The position numbers were made by a program, and so were the translations under genes. The notes beneath the pieces are model-generated. The model was not told where the DNA came from. It saw nothing but the letters and a program-made list of their open reading frames with translations, and ran no database searches. Source: Eledone cirrhosa (Eukaryota). From it: a DNA stretch of 64,000 nucleotides. Where the stretch lies: the NCBI GenBank assembly GCA_964016885.1, contig OZ024745.1, forward strand, positions 83,328,001-83,392,000, read 5' to 3'. Each line of letters starts with the position of its first letter. Position 1 is the first letter of the stretch. Positions 1 to 13,074 of this stretch are shown in pieces.

Positions 1-3000
1 ACATACGTGCAAACATATATATATGTACATATGGATTCACCGAACAGTTATTATAATGCTCGGTGTGTTTGTAAACAAACAGCCCGTATTAAGCCGTAGT
101 GTCTAGCAACCATGGTTGCTCGTTTGTTCAACACTGACGAAGGAACGGCGTACCAGTTTCAAGCTTATTAGCTATCGTCAGCAACGTATACCTTCCTGCC
201 AGATGATTGAATATCTGAAAGTATATACTTTCCCTATGCACATTAACGGCTGAGTAGCCCAATTTTCATATCGAGTGGGTTAATCGGCCGGGTGCACCGA
301 AAACGATAAACGGAAAAAATGAAACGAGATTTCATTTCCCACTCTTAGTACGGCTGTTACTTAAATATAAGTATGTATACGTACATACATATATGTATTC
401 AGACGTACAGTAGTATGAATATATATATACATACATGCACACATATATATATGTACGTATGGATTCACCGAACATTTATTATAATGCTCGGTGTGTTTGT
501 AAACAAGCATTCCGTTTAAGCCGTAGTGTCTAGCAACCATCGTTGCTCGTTTGTTCAACACTGACAAAGGAACGCTGTACTAGTTTCAAGCTTATTAGTT
601 ATCGTCAGCAACGTCCTGCCAGATGATTGCGCGTCGGAAAGTATATACTTTCCTTATGCATATTAACGGCTGAGTAGACCAATTTGCATATCGAGTGGGT
701 TAATCGGCCGGGTGCACCGAAAACGATAAATGGAAAAAATGAAAAGAAATTTAATTTCCCAATCTTAGTACGGCTATTACTTAAATATAAGCATGTATAC
801 GCACATACATATATGTATACAGACGTACAGTAGTATGTACATATATATACATACATGCACACATATGTATATGTACGTATGGATTCACCGAACAGTTACT
901 AAAATGTTCGGTGTCTTTGTAAACAAACATGCCGTATTAAGCCGTAGTGTCTAGCAACCATCGTTGCTCGTTTATTCAACACTGACAAAGGAACGCTGTA
1001 CTAGTTTCAAGCTTATTAGCTATTGTCAGCAACGTATACCTTCCTGCCAGATAATTGAACGTCTGAAAGTATATACTTTCCATACGCATATTAACGGCTG
1101 AGTAGCCCAATTTGCATATCGAGTGGGTTAAAAGGCCGAGTGCACCGAAAACGATAAACATAAAAATTGAAACGAGATTCCATTTCCCACTCTTAGTACA
1201 GCTGTTACGTAAATATAAGTATGTATACATACATATATGTATTCAGACGTACAGTAGTATGTATATATATATATACATAAATGCACACATATATATATGT
1301 ACGTATGGATTCAGCGAATATTTATTATAATGCACGGTGTGTTTGTAAACAAACATCCCGTATTAAGCCGTAGTGTCTAAAAACTATGGTTTCTCGTTTG
1401 TTCAACACTGACGAAGGAACGCTGTACCAGTTTCAAGCTTATTAGCTATCGTCAGCAACGTATACCTTCCTGCCAGATGATTGAACGTCTGAAAGTATAT
1501 ACTTTTCTTATGCATATTAACGGCTGAGTAGCCCAATTTGCACATCAAGTGGGTTAATCGGCCGGGTGCACCGAAAATGATAAACGGAAAAAATGAAACG
1601 AAATTTAATTTCCCACTCTTAGTACGGCTGTTACTTAAATATAAGTATGTATACGTACATACATCTATGTATACAGACGCACATTAGTATGTATATATTT
1701 ATACATACATGCACACATATATATATGTACGTATGGATTCACCGAACATTTATTATAATGCTCCGAGTGTTTGAAACAAGCATTCCGTTTAAGCCGTAGT
1801 GTCTAGCAACCATAGTTGCTCGTTTGTTCAACACTGACAAAGGAACGCTGTACCAGTTTCAAAATTATTAGTTAACATCAGCAACGTATACCTTCCTGCC
1901 AGATGATTGAGTGTCCGAAAGTATATACTTTCCTTATGCATATTAACGGATGAGTAGCCCAATTTTCATATCAAGTGTGTTAACCGGCCTGTTGCACCGA
2001 AAACAATAAACGGAAAACATGAAAGTAAATTTCATTTCCCACTCTTAGTACGGCTGTTACTTAAATATAAGTATGTATACGTACATACATATATGTATAC
2101 ATAGGTACAGTAGTATGTATATATATATATACATACGTGCAAACATATATATATGTACATATGGATTCACCGAACAGTTATTATAATGCTCGGTGTGTTT
2201 GTAAACAAACAGCCCGTATTAAGCCGTAGTGTCTAGCAACCATGGTTGCTCGTTTGTTCAACACTGACGAAGGAACGGCGTACCAGTTTCAAGCTTATTA
2301 GCTATCGTCAGCAACGTATACCTTCCTGCCAGATGATTGAATATATGAAAGTATATACTTTCCCTATGCACATTAACGGCTGAGTAGCCCAATTTTCATA
2401 TCGAGTGGGTTAATCGGCCGGGTGCACCGAAAACGATAAACGGAAAAAATGAAACGAGATTTCATATCCCACTCTTAGTACGGCTGTTACTTAAATATAA
2501 GTATGTATACGTACATACATATATGTATTCAGACGTACAGTAGTATGAATATATATATACATACATGCACACATATATATATGTACGTATGGATTCACCG
2601 AACATTTATTATAATGCTCGGTGTGTTTGTAAACAAGCATTCCGTTTAAGCCGTAGTGTCTAGCAACCATCGTTGCTCGTTTGTTCAACACTGACAAAGG
2701 AACGCTGTACTAGTTTCAAGCTTATTAGTTATCGTCAGCAACGTCCTGCCAGATGATTGCGCGTCGGAAAGTATATACTTTCCTTATGCATATTAACGGC
2801 TGAGTAGACCAATTTGCATATCGAGTGGGTTAATCGGCCGGGTGCACCGAAAACGATAAATGGAAAAAATGAAAAGAAATTTAATTTCCCAATCTTAGTA
2901 CGGCTATTACTTAAATATAAGCATGTATACGAACATACATATATGTATACAGACGTACAGTAGTATGTACATATATATACATACATGCACACATATGTAT

Positions 3001-6000
3001 ATGTACGTATGGATTCACCGAACAGTTACTAAAATGTTCGGTGTCTTTGTAAACAAACATGCCGTATTAAGCCGTAGTGTCTAGCAACCATCGTTGCTCG
3101 TTTATTCAACACTGACAAAGGAACGCTGTACTAGTTTCAAGCTTATTAGCTATTGTCAGCAACGTATACCTTCCTGCCAGATAATTGAACGTCTGAAAGT
3201 ATATACTTTCCATACGCATATTAACGGCTGAGTAGCCCAATTTGCATATCGAGTGGGTTAAAAGGCCGAGTGCACCGAAAACGATAAACGTAAAAATTGA
3301 AACGATATTTCATTTCCCACTCTTAGTACAGCTGTTACGTAAATATAAGTATGTATACATACATATATGTATTCAGACGTACAGTAGTATGTATATATAT
3401 ATATACATAAATGCACACATATATATATGTACGTATGGATTCAGCGAATATTTATTATAATGCACGGTGTGTTTGTAAACAAACATCCCGTATTAAGCCG
3501 TAGTGTCTAAAAACTATGGTTGCTCGTTTGTTCAACACTGACGAAGGAACGCTGTACCAGTTTCAAGCTAATTAGCTATCGTCAGCAACGTATACCTTCC
3601 TGCCAGATGATTGAACGTCTGAAAGTATATACTTTCCTTATGCATATTAACGGCTGTGTAGCCCAATTTTCATATCGAGTGGGTTAATCGGCCGGGTGCA
3701 CCGAAAACGATAAACTGGAAAAATGAAACGAAATTTCATTTCCCACTCTTAGTACGGCTGTTACTTAAATATAAGTATGTATACGTACATACATATATGT
3801 ATTCAGACGTACAGTAGTATGTGTATATATATACATACATGCACACATATATATATGTACGTATAGATTCACCGAACATTTATTATAATGCTCGGTGTGT
3901 TTGTAAACAAGCATTCCGTTTAAGCCGTAGTGTCTAGCAACCATCGTTGCTCGTTTATTCAACACTGACAAAGGAACGCAGTACTAGTTTCAAGCTTATT
4001 AGCTATTGTCAGCAACGTATACCTTCCTGCCAGATGATTGAACGTCTGAAAGTATATACATTCCATACGCATATTAACGGCTGAGTAGCCAATTTGCATA
4101 TCGAGTGGGTTAATCGGCCGGGTGCACCGAAAATGATAAACTGGAAAAATGAAACGAAATTTAATTTCCCACTCTTAGTACGGCTGTTACTTAAATATAA
4201 GTATGTATACGCACATACATATATGTATACAGACGTACAGTAGTATCTATATATATCTACATACATGCACACATATATATATGTACGTATGGCTTCACCG
4301 AACATTTATTATAATGCTCGGTGTGTTTGTAAACAAACATGCCATATTAAGCCATAGTGTCTAGCAACCATCCTTGCTCGTTTGTTCAACACGGACAAAG
4401 GAATGCCCAATTTGCAGATCGAGGTGTTAATCGGCCGGGGGCACCGAAAACATTAAACAGAAAAATTGAAACGAAATATAATTTCCCACTCTAGTACGGC
4501 TTTTACGTAAATATGAGTATGTATACGTACATACATATATGTATACAGAAGTAAAGTAGTATGTATATATATATATACATACATGCACACATATATATAT
4601 AAGTATGGATTCAGCGAATATTTATTATAATGCTCGGTGTGTTTGTAAACAAACATCCCGTTGAAACCGTAGTGTCTAGCAACAATCGTTGCTCGTTTGT
4701 TCAACACTGACAAAGGAACGCTGTACTAGTTTCAAGCTTATTAGCTATCGTCAGCTACGTATACCTTCCTGCCAGATGATTGAACGTCTGAAAGTATATA
4801 CTTTTCTTATGCATATTAACGGCTGAGTAGCCCAATTTGCAGATCGAGGGGTTAATCGGCCGGGTGCACCGAAAACAATAAACGGAAAAATAGAAACGAA
4901 ATATAATTTCCCACTCTAGTACGGCGTTTACGTAAATATAAGGATGTATACGTACATACATATATGTATACAGAAGTAAAGTAGTATGTATATATACATA
5001 CATGCACACATATATATATAAGTATGGATTAAGCGAATATTTATTATAATGCTCGGTGTGTTTGTAAACAAACATCCCGTTGAAACCGTTGCTCGTTTGT
5101 TCAACATTGACAAAGGAACGCTGTACTAGTTTCAAGCTTATTAGCTATTGTCAGCAACGTATATCTTCCTGCTAGATGATTGAACGTCTGAAAGTATATA
5201 CTTTCCTTACGCATATTAACGGCTGAGTAGCCCAATTTGCATATCGAGTGGGTTAATAGGCCGGGTGCACCGAAAATGATAAACGGAAAAAATGAAACGA
5301 GATTTCATTTCCCACTCTAGTACGACTTTTACGTAAATATAAGTATGTATACGTACATACATATATGTATTCAGACGTACAGTAGTATGTATATATATAT
5401 ATACATACATGCACACATATATATATGTACGTATGGATTCAGCGAATATTTATTATAATGCACGGTGTGTTTGTAAACAAACATCTCGTATTAAGCTGTA
5501 GTGTCTATCAACCATCGTTACTCGTTTGTTCAACACTGACAAAGGAACGCTGTACCATTTTCAAGCTTATTAGCTATTGTCAGCAACGTATATCTTCCTG
5601 CTAGATGATTGAACGTCTGAAAGTATATACTTTCCTTACGCATATTAACGGCCGAGTAACCCAATTTTCATATCGAGTGGGTTAATCGGCTGGGTGCACC
5701 GAAAACGATAAACGGAAAAAATGAAACGAAATTTCATTTCCCACTCTTAGTACGGCTGTTACTTAAATATAAGTATGTATACGTACATACATATATGTAT
5801 TCAGACGTACAGTAGTATGTATATATATATATACATACATGCACACACATATATATGTGCGTATGGATTCACCGAATATTTATTATACTGTTCGGTGTGT
5901 TTGTAATCAAACATCCCGTATTAAGCCGTAGTGTCTAGCAACCATCGTTGCTCGTTTGTTCAACACTGCAAAGGAACGCATTACTAGTTTCAAGCTTATT

Positions 6001-7385
6001 AGCTATCGTCAGCAACGTATACCTTCCTGCCAGATGATTGAATGTCTGAAAGTATATACTTTCCTTATACATATTAACGGCTGAGTAGCCCTATTTGCAT
6101 ACGAGTGGGTTAATCGGTCGGGTGCACCGAAAACAATAAATGGAAAAAAATGAAACGAAATTTCATTTCCCACTCTTAGTACGGCTATTACGTAAATATA
6201 AGTATGTATACGTACATACATATATGTATTCAGACGTACTGTACTATGTATATATATATATACATACATGCACACATATATATATGTACGTATGTATTCA
6301 GCGTATATTTATTATAATACTTGGTGTGTTTGTAAACAAACATCCCGTATTAAGCCATAGTGTCTAGCAACCATCGTTGCTCGTTTGTTCAAAAATGACA
6401 AAGGAACGCTGTACTAGTTTCAAGCTTATTAGCTATTGTCAGCAACGTATATCTTCCTGCCACATGATTGAATGTCCGAAAGTATATAATTTCCTTATGC
6501 ATATTAACGGATGAGTAGCCCAATTTGCATATCCAGTGGGTTAATCGGCCGGGTGCAACGAAACGATAAACTGGAAAAATGAAACAAAATTTCATTTCCC
6601 ATTCTTAGTACGGCTGTTACGTAAATATAAGTATGTATACATACATATATGTATTCAGACGTACAGTCGTATGTATATATATATATACATACATGCACAC
6701 ATATATATATGTACGTATGGATTCAGCGAATATTTATTATAATGCTCGGTGTGTTTGTAAACAAACATGCCGTATTAAGCCGTAGTGTCTAGCAACCATC
6801 GTTGCTCGTTTGTTCAACACTGACAAAGGAACGCTGTACTAGTTTCAAGCGTATTAGCTATTGTCAGCAACGTATACCTTCCTGCCAGATGATTGAACGT
6901 CTGAAAGTATATGCTTTCCTTATGCATATTAACGGCTGAGTAGCCCAATTTGCATATCGAGTGGGTTAATCGGCCGGGTGCACCGAAAACAATAAACGGA
7001 AACAATGAAACGAAATTTCATTTCCCACTCTTAGTACGGCTGTTACTTAAATATAAGTATAAGTATGTATATGTACATACATATATGTATACAAACGTAC
7101 ATTAGTATGTATATATATATATATACATACATGCACCAATATGTACGTATGGATTCACCGAACATTTATTATAATGTTCGGTGTGTTTGTAGACAAGCAT
7201 CCCGTATTAAGCCGTAGTGTCTAGCAACCATCGTTGCTCGTTTGTTCAACACTGACAAAGGAACGCTGTACTAGTTTCAAGCTTATTAGCTAACGTCAGC
7301 AACGTATACCTTCCTGCCAGATGATTGAACTGAGTCGCCCAATTTGATGATCGAGTGGGTTAATCGGCCGGGTGCACCGAAAACG
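1..7385 (-). repeat. Tandem satellite, ~420-430 bp monomer x ~18, carrying a hammerhead ribozyme (non-LTR retrozyme-like array); runs off the window start
   Basis: Anchor 'ggtgcaccgaaaa' (or a close variant) recurs at ~291, 711, 1140, 1566, 1993, 2421, 2841, 3270, 3696, 4121, 4439, 4863, 5264, 5693, 6122, 6552, 6977 and 7371. The unit around 4404 has a deletion that removes the ribozyme. Confidence 0.97.
141..200 (-). ncRNA. Type I minimal hammerhead ribozyme (first of ~17 in the array)
   Basis: Array consensus on the minus strand: ACGTTG-CTGACGA-T-AGCT(AATA)AGCT-T-GAAA-CTAG-TA-CAGCGT. This gives stem I, CUGANGA, stem II, GAAA, a palindromic mini stem III, UH and stem I'. This copy has a CTGG loop and an imperfect stem I (CGCCGT). 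Confidence 0.85.
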
Positions 7386-7559
7386 ATCAGAGCAAACATC
7401 ACAGCCGCTCTATCTCAAAATTATTTTTGAAAAGCATTAGAAATGCGAAACCGCTAAAAACTTTAAACTAACCAATACTTATTAGTAATTTTTACTTATT
7501 CCTAATTAAACTAGTTTTCACTCGGAAAAATTTGTCAGCATTTTCTTTTCCTTTTACTA

Positions 7560-7560
<1 letters not shown>
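7385..7560 (+). mobile_element. Penelope-like pseudo-LTR tail fragment with a UUGAAAA-type hammerhead (7421-7460), followed by (TA)n
   Basis: Aligns by eye to 56830-57025 (gatcagagcaaaca...ctctatctcaaaattattt...aatttgtcagcattttct...tactaa-tata). HHR: TTT-TTGAAAA-GCATT(AGA)AATGC-GAAA-CCGC-TA-AAA. Confidence 0.8.
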
Positions 7561-7600
<40 letters not shown>

Positions 7601-7696
7601 TTCATTAGTTAAGGAAAACAAGACCACAAATTTCACATGGAAGACATTATTAAAAGATTGTCAATATATTTTAGTTTGATGTAAGGAATGTAGATG

Positions 7697-7728
<32 letters not shown>

Positions 7729-7969
7729 TTCTTTATTAACCACAAGGGTTTACATAAAGTAGACATTAAGGACAGTACAGGACAATACAGGACGGTACAA
7801 ATGGGCATTTCTGCGTGTAAAAAAAACAGAGGATGTAATAAAATAATAAAGAAAAATTCCCCAATAGGGGGGAGACCTCCGAGGGACACTTGTGGAGAAA
7901 GCCCATTAAAAGACCACAGTGACCCTGACCACCAGGGCAAGTGCCCTCTCCCAGTTTTCCACCTTTAAT

Positions 7970-10969
7970 TTACAGACACATACTCAGAGTAGGCCCATTC
8001 ACTTGGGCCATACTTGCTTCTCTCACCCATCTTTCAACAAAATGCTGGGAAGAGAGGACTTCCTCTCTACCCTGATTTTCCTTTTCAAGTGAAATTTGAA
8101 AAAGTTAATCAGTGTATCACTGAAGAGGTAAGTGCTCGTCTTCAGCCCTTTCAAACGTGTCCACCATACTATCTCTTTCGCCATGGCCACCAGACAGATA
8201 AAAACTGCCTGCCCTTACCGGCTAAAGGAAGAGGGCGGGGCAATCCTCACGATGGACTCAGCTGATAGCTGGAACCGTCCTACATGTGACAGCAGGTGTT
8301 CGACATAAACCCACAAGTTGTCCATAGGCCCTGGCCCGAAAGTCCGTCCGAAGAGATTGGCTAGTCGATTTTCGTCGACGCCTAGAGTTTCTCCAAGTAC
8401 GTCGTTGCTCTTCCCCTCCACTAATCCTCTATAGAACGCCAACGTGGAGATTCCACCGATCACATTGCCTGATTGGTCAAGGGCTGTGAGCGCCTGAAGA
8501 CAATCCAGTCTCCAAGCGAACCCTCTCGGTCTTCGCTTGACCCAGGACTGCAGCTCCGCCAAGGAGACGAGCTGGGGAAAGATGTGTCTAGCAAACGGCG
8601 ACCACACCTGATCCCCGTCGAGGAAGAGGTGGAGATGTCGTAGGCTTAGCGCGTGTCTGCGCATCATCAGCCACGCCATGCCCAGCCCTCCACGTAGCGG
8701 GTGTTGACAGCAGATGAACCGCCTGACCATCGGAGCGCGCCCCTTCCACAAAAAGCGAATGAGCAAACGCTCCAGCGCAGTCAGGCTGGGCTTAGGACAA
8801 GGTATGACGGTCAGGCGGTAGTAGATGACGGACGCGATGTACGCGTTAACCACCTCCGCTCGACCTTTCAGGGATAGCTTCCTCTCGGCCCATTTCTGGG
8901 TGAGAGAAGCCACCCTGCTTTTCACCCCGTCCCAGTTTTTGTCCGTCTGGAGGTCCGGACCGAACCAGACCCCTAGCAATTTAACCGGTCCGTCCGTCCA
9001 GCGCCCGACGACGCTGTTGGACGGCATGGACCTGCCTCTCCAGGGGCCGAGCTGCAGGCCCACTGACTTTTCCTGGTTGATCATTGCTGCTGTCACCGCT
9101 TCGTATTCTCTTAGTGTAGTGCCGATCGCCTCGATGTGTTTGGCGTTCGACACCACTACGGTGACATCGTCCGCATATGCTGACACGGATCTTCCGCATC
9201 CTAGTTCGCGCGGACCCCCCTCAACGTCTCCAGTTTGTGCAGTAATGGCTCGAGAGTCAATACGTACTAGAGGGACGAGAGGGGACATCTTGGCGGACCG
9301 AGCGCATGATGTTGAACGGTTCCGAAAGGTGACCGTTCAATCTCACCACAGAGCAGATGTCGCTGTGCATTGTAGCGATCCAGCCTCTGAAAACGGGCCC
9401 AAAGCCAGCCGCCCTCAGAACTGCCGCTAGGTAACGATGGTCGACCCTATCGAAAGCTTTCGACTGATCTAAATTTATCAAAGACCCACTCGTGCCAGGT
9501 TCCCTAGCTACCCTCTCTACGATGTATCGCATGAGGTAGAGGTTGTCGTGGATGGATCTGTCGGGAATGGCGCATGTCTGCGCCTCTCCCACCAGACCAC
9601 CAACGACAAGCGCCAACCTCTTTGCTAGCACCTTGGCCAAAATCTTGAACTCTGTGTTTAGCAGAGTTATAGGCCTAAAATTATCTATGTTATCCCCCTT
9701 GTTCGGATCCTTTCTCAGCAGCGCCACCGCTCCTCGGCTCACAGAGCTGGGAATTCTCCCGTCCTGTTGCCAGTTGCAGTAGACATCCGCCAAGAGGCCT
9801 CCAAACAAGTCTGGCAGTTGTACGTAAAGTTAATAGGGAAGACCATCCAAACCAGGCGATTTACCCCTTGTGCAGCCAGTCACTTTTCTCCCGTACTTCA
9901 GCGGCTGTTATCGCACTCCGCACGCACCCTCGCTCTGACAACGCAGCCTTCGTGCTTTGCATTGAAGAATTGGTCAAGGGCCAATTTCGCCGCAATAATG
10001 TCGGTCGCGAAGCCTTTGGAAAGCGCCTTGTCTAATTTTATAACTAATTCTCCCTCTGCTCTATTTTTCTCTATTGCTAAAGCCTTACTAAACCTAATGG
10101 ACTCTATTCTAATTGCTCTTTTCAGAGCAAACCACCACTTGTTGTTGATGATGGCCCCCGTCAACGCCCGCTTAACTAGTTTGCTAATCCGGTCTCTGTA
10201 GGCCTTGAGCGCTGGTAAGGACGCGTTTAGCTTCCAGTAGCCGGGTCCTCGTCTATGAAACCTATCTAAGTCAAGCACACAGATCACGAATTTGTGGTCC
10301 GTGTAGCTGACTATCTTGAATTGTGGACAGCCTATGCTAGACCTATCTATTTCCCTACAAAATACTCTATCTAGATATGATCTGGATGACCCTATGCGAT
10401 TTGTTCAAGTCCACATTGGCACATTCGGGATATACAATCGGTACCTGTCAGACAGTTCAAAACGCCTGATCAGGTTGGTAAGACTCTTGCACCATCCTCG
10501 CCTATCCACTAATCCCACAAATGCCAGCGTGTCTAAGATCCCGTTCCAGTTGCCCACTAACACTAAAGAGCGGGACGTTCCAAGAAAGGTCTCCAGACTC
10601 CGGAAGAAATCAGGCCGCCCTGCTCCTATCGGGGCATAGACGGCCACTAACCTGAAAGCTTGCCCGTCTCCGCTGGTCACGTCCAGCAACACCAACTTAC
10701 CTTCTGCGTCCAGGAAGATGGCCCGTATGGCAAGAGACCTCTCCGAAAAAGCACAGCAACTCCTCCCCTCCAGATCCCGGACGGCTGGGAGATGCGTACA
10801 CATCGTAGCCGCCGAAGATCGGTGCGAAGGCCCGTGCTTCGGAGATTCTGGTCTCGCTGATGGCCACTACATCTATGTTTAGTGACGTGAGGTCGTTGAG
10901 CAGGTGGCCCTGCTTCCATGACGACCCCAAGCCACGCGGATTGATGCTGCCTATTCTGAGTGAGGTCAT
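7970..10969 (-). pseudogene. Tx1-type ORF2 (AP endonuclease + reverse transcriptase), frameshifted, with two internal deletions
   Basis: Motifs MTSLRIGSINPRGL, VAISET, LVAVYAP, GPGYWKLN, NFRPITLLNTEFKILAK, LDQSKAFDRVDH, AYADD, LSLKGRA. Lacks segments present in the second copy (26294-26556 and 24543-24700). Confidence 0.92.
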
Positions 10970-11026
10970 GTTGAAATTGAGCACTTACCTTACTTCTCGT
11001 AGAGGAAGGACGGTTTTTCCATCCTT

Positions 11027-13074
11027 TTAATTGCTTGTGGCCTCCTCGGGAAGGATGTCCTTATAAATCCTCCTGGAGAGTGCTTGTCGGAAGTCTCCGA
11101 TGTATTTGGGGAATTTTTGTTTTAGTGTCATGTACGTTTTCTGTGTGATGCGAGTGATTTGTATGTAAAGAGGTGGTGTGAATTTTTGGATTGTTGTGTA
11201 GTCTTTTTCTGTGGTGCTGGTGTTGTGTTGAATGTAGTGTAATAATTGGTTGTTGTTCAAATTTAATACTGTGTAGTGTGTATCGTTTTGGTTGTTTTGT
11301 TTTGTTTGCGTTTGTTGTGGGTTTGTTTCTGTTTCGCATTTTGGTGACTTTTGTGGTGTAGGTGATGGTGGTGTTTGGGGTTAATGATGGTGATGGTGTT
11401 GGTGTTTGTGGTGATGGGGTTGGTGATGCTGGTGTGGATGGTGGCATGTCTGTCCTAACTTTTTTGTTTGTTAATTTATTTGTTTCCCTCTGTATTTTGT
11501 TTTTGGAGGGGGAAGGAAGAGAATTATTTTATTTTTTTTTTATTTATTTATTTTTTTTTTATTTTTTTTTTTTTTCTTCTTTTTTTTTATTTTTTTTTTC
11601 TTTTTTTTTTTTTTCTTTTTTTTTTTTTTTATTTTTTTATTTTTTTCCTTTTTTCTTTTTTTCTTTTTTTCTTTTTTTTTTTCCTGATACCGTTTCCCAC
11701 ACCTCGTCGTCACAATCTGTCTCCAGTTGTGATAGGCCGGGGAGTGGAAAATCCTCCACAGTCGTTAGTTTTGGTTGTGGCGTGGTGGATGGTGTATGCG
11801 CTGGTGCTAGTTCTGAAGCGTTGAGTGGTGTTGGTGTTGGTTTTGCTACTGTTGCTGCTACAGTTGCTGTTATAGTTGCTTCTGTTGTTGCTGCTACAGT
11901 TGTTGCTGCCATCTCTGCTACTGGCGGTGTTGATCGTTGAGTCACTGGGTTGGGTAGGAGAGGTGGCCTCAACCTTTTAGCCTGAGGGCAGAAAGCCCTT
12001 AGGTGGGTTCCTTCACCACAAACGACAGACCTAGGCCTTCTTCCCTCGACAATTACGGTGAGTTGGCTGCCGTCAGTGAGGTCTATTACCTCTGGTATCT
12101 CCTCAATGCTTTTTTGGTCCGCTTGGATCAGGAGCTCCATCCCAGTTCCGGACCAGTTCTCCTGCTTTTATTTTGCTATTGCTATTATCTTGGTGTTGGC
12201 TTCGATGCCGGCGAGGACGGCCGCTATTAGCCAGGGAATTTCGGTGGCCGGTGGAACGTGGGTCACCCTGATCTTTACGAGTCTCTGGCCACAATAGCTC
12301 GGGATGAGTTTGAAGTCGTCACTTCTTAATGGGACCATGGAGTGTTCTCTAGCCTCCTCTGGTGTTTCAAAGAACACGTCCACGGTTCCATACTTCTGCC
12401 CACTTCTGATGTGGGTTTTTCTTGCCCACACATGTCCCAACACTTTTTGGATTTGGGACGCGGATGCCCGTTCCACTCGGCGCGATTTTACATTAATTGT
12501 TCGATTCAACACGGTGCATAGGCGCCGATGCTCCATGTTACTAGGGGGTGGTGAGGTTGACCCTGTACCCATCTTTCTTTACCATTTTTTTGGCATTTTT
12601 TAATTTCTCCTGAGTTACCGTAAATGCTTCGCACTGTTTTGCTACTCTGGCAAAACTCAGCGTGGTTTTTTTAATATCATTGTTGCTGTTGTGGTTATCG
12701 TTATTTTTGTTATTATTAATTTTAGTTTCAGTTGTGGTGGTGGTGACGTCAGTAGTGTTCGGTGAGGAAGAGTCCATTTTGGTTGAAATCATTTCGACAT
12801 CACGAGTTGATTTATTTTTTCCTTTTGTTTCTGTTGTCGCGGTGGTGGTGGGGGTGGTGGTTGTCGCGGTGGTGGTGGTGGTGGCGGCTTTAACACCTGA
12901 AGGCATTGGTAATGGTGGGAAATGAAGGTCTGCCTGAGACAAATTTAAAATATTGCTACTGCTTAAATTTTTTGTGTTGGCAAACGTAGTAATATTTACA
13001 ATGGTGGTGTCGCTGTGAGGTGTTAGTTTGTAAGGAAGGCTCTCATCTGATTGGTGCAGAGGTGAATTAGCCAT
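11027..13074 (-). pseudogene. Tx1-type ORF1 (gag-like), frameshifted, with a degenerate CCHC knuckle
   Basis: ORFs 12541-13074, 12168-12572, 11637-12140 and 11061-11447. SVVCGEGTHLRAFC matches (C)x2Cx4Hx4C; LSFARV motif; Pro/Thr-rich linkers. Confidence 0.75.

Noticed and set aside
134-160. Plus-strand CTGACGA in some satellite units as a second-polarity hammerhead
   Set aside because: Most units read CTGACAA and there is no suitably placed stem II + GAAA.
361-7005. Many 60-126 aa ORFs in the satellite
   Set aside because: Translations of TA-rich repeat (YI/MCV runs); stops and frames are not conserved between monomers.
1-7385. CRISPR-like array
   Set aside because: The whole unit is repeated, there are no unique spacers, no cas genes, and the context is eukaryotic.
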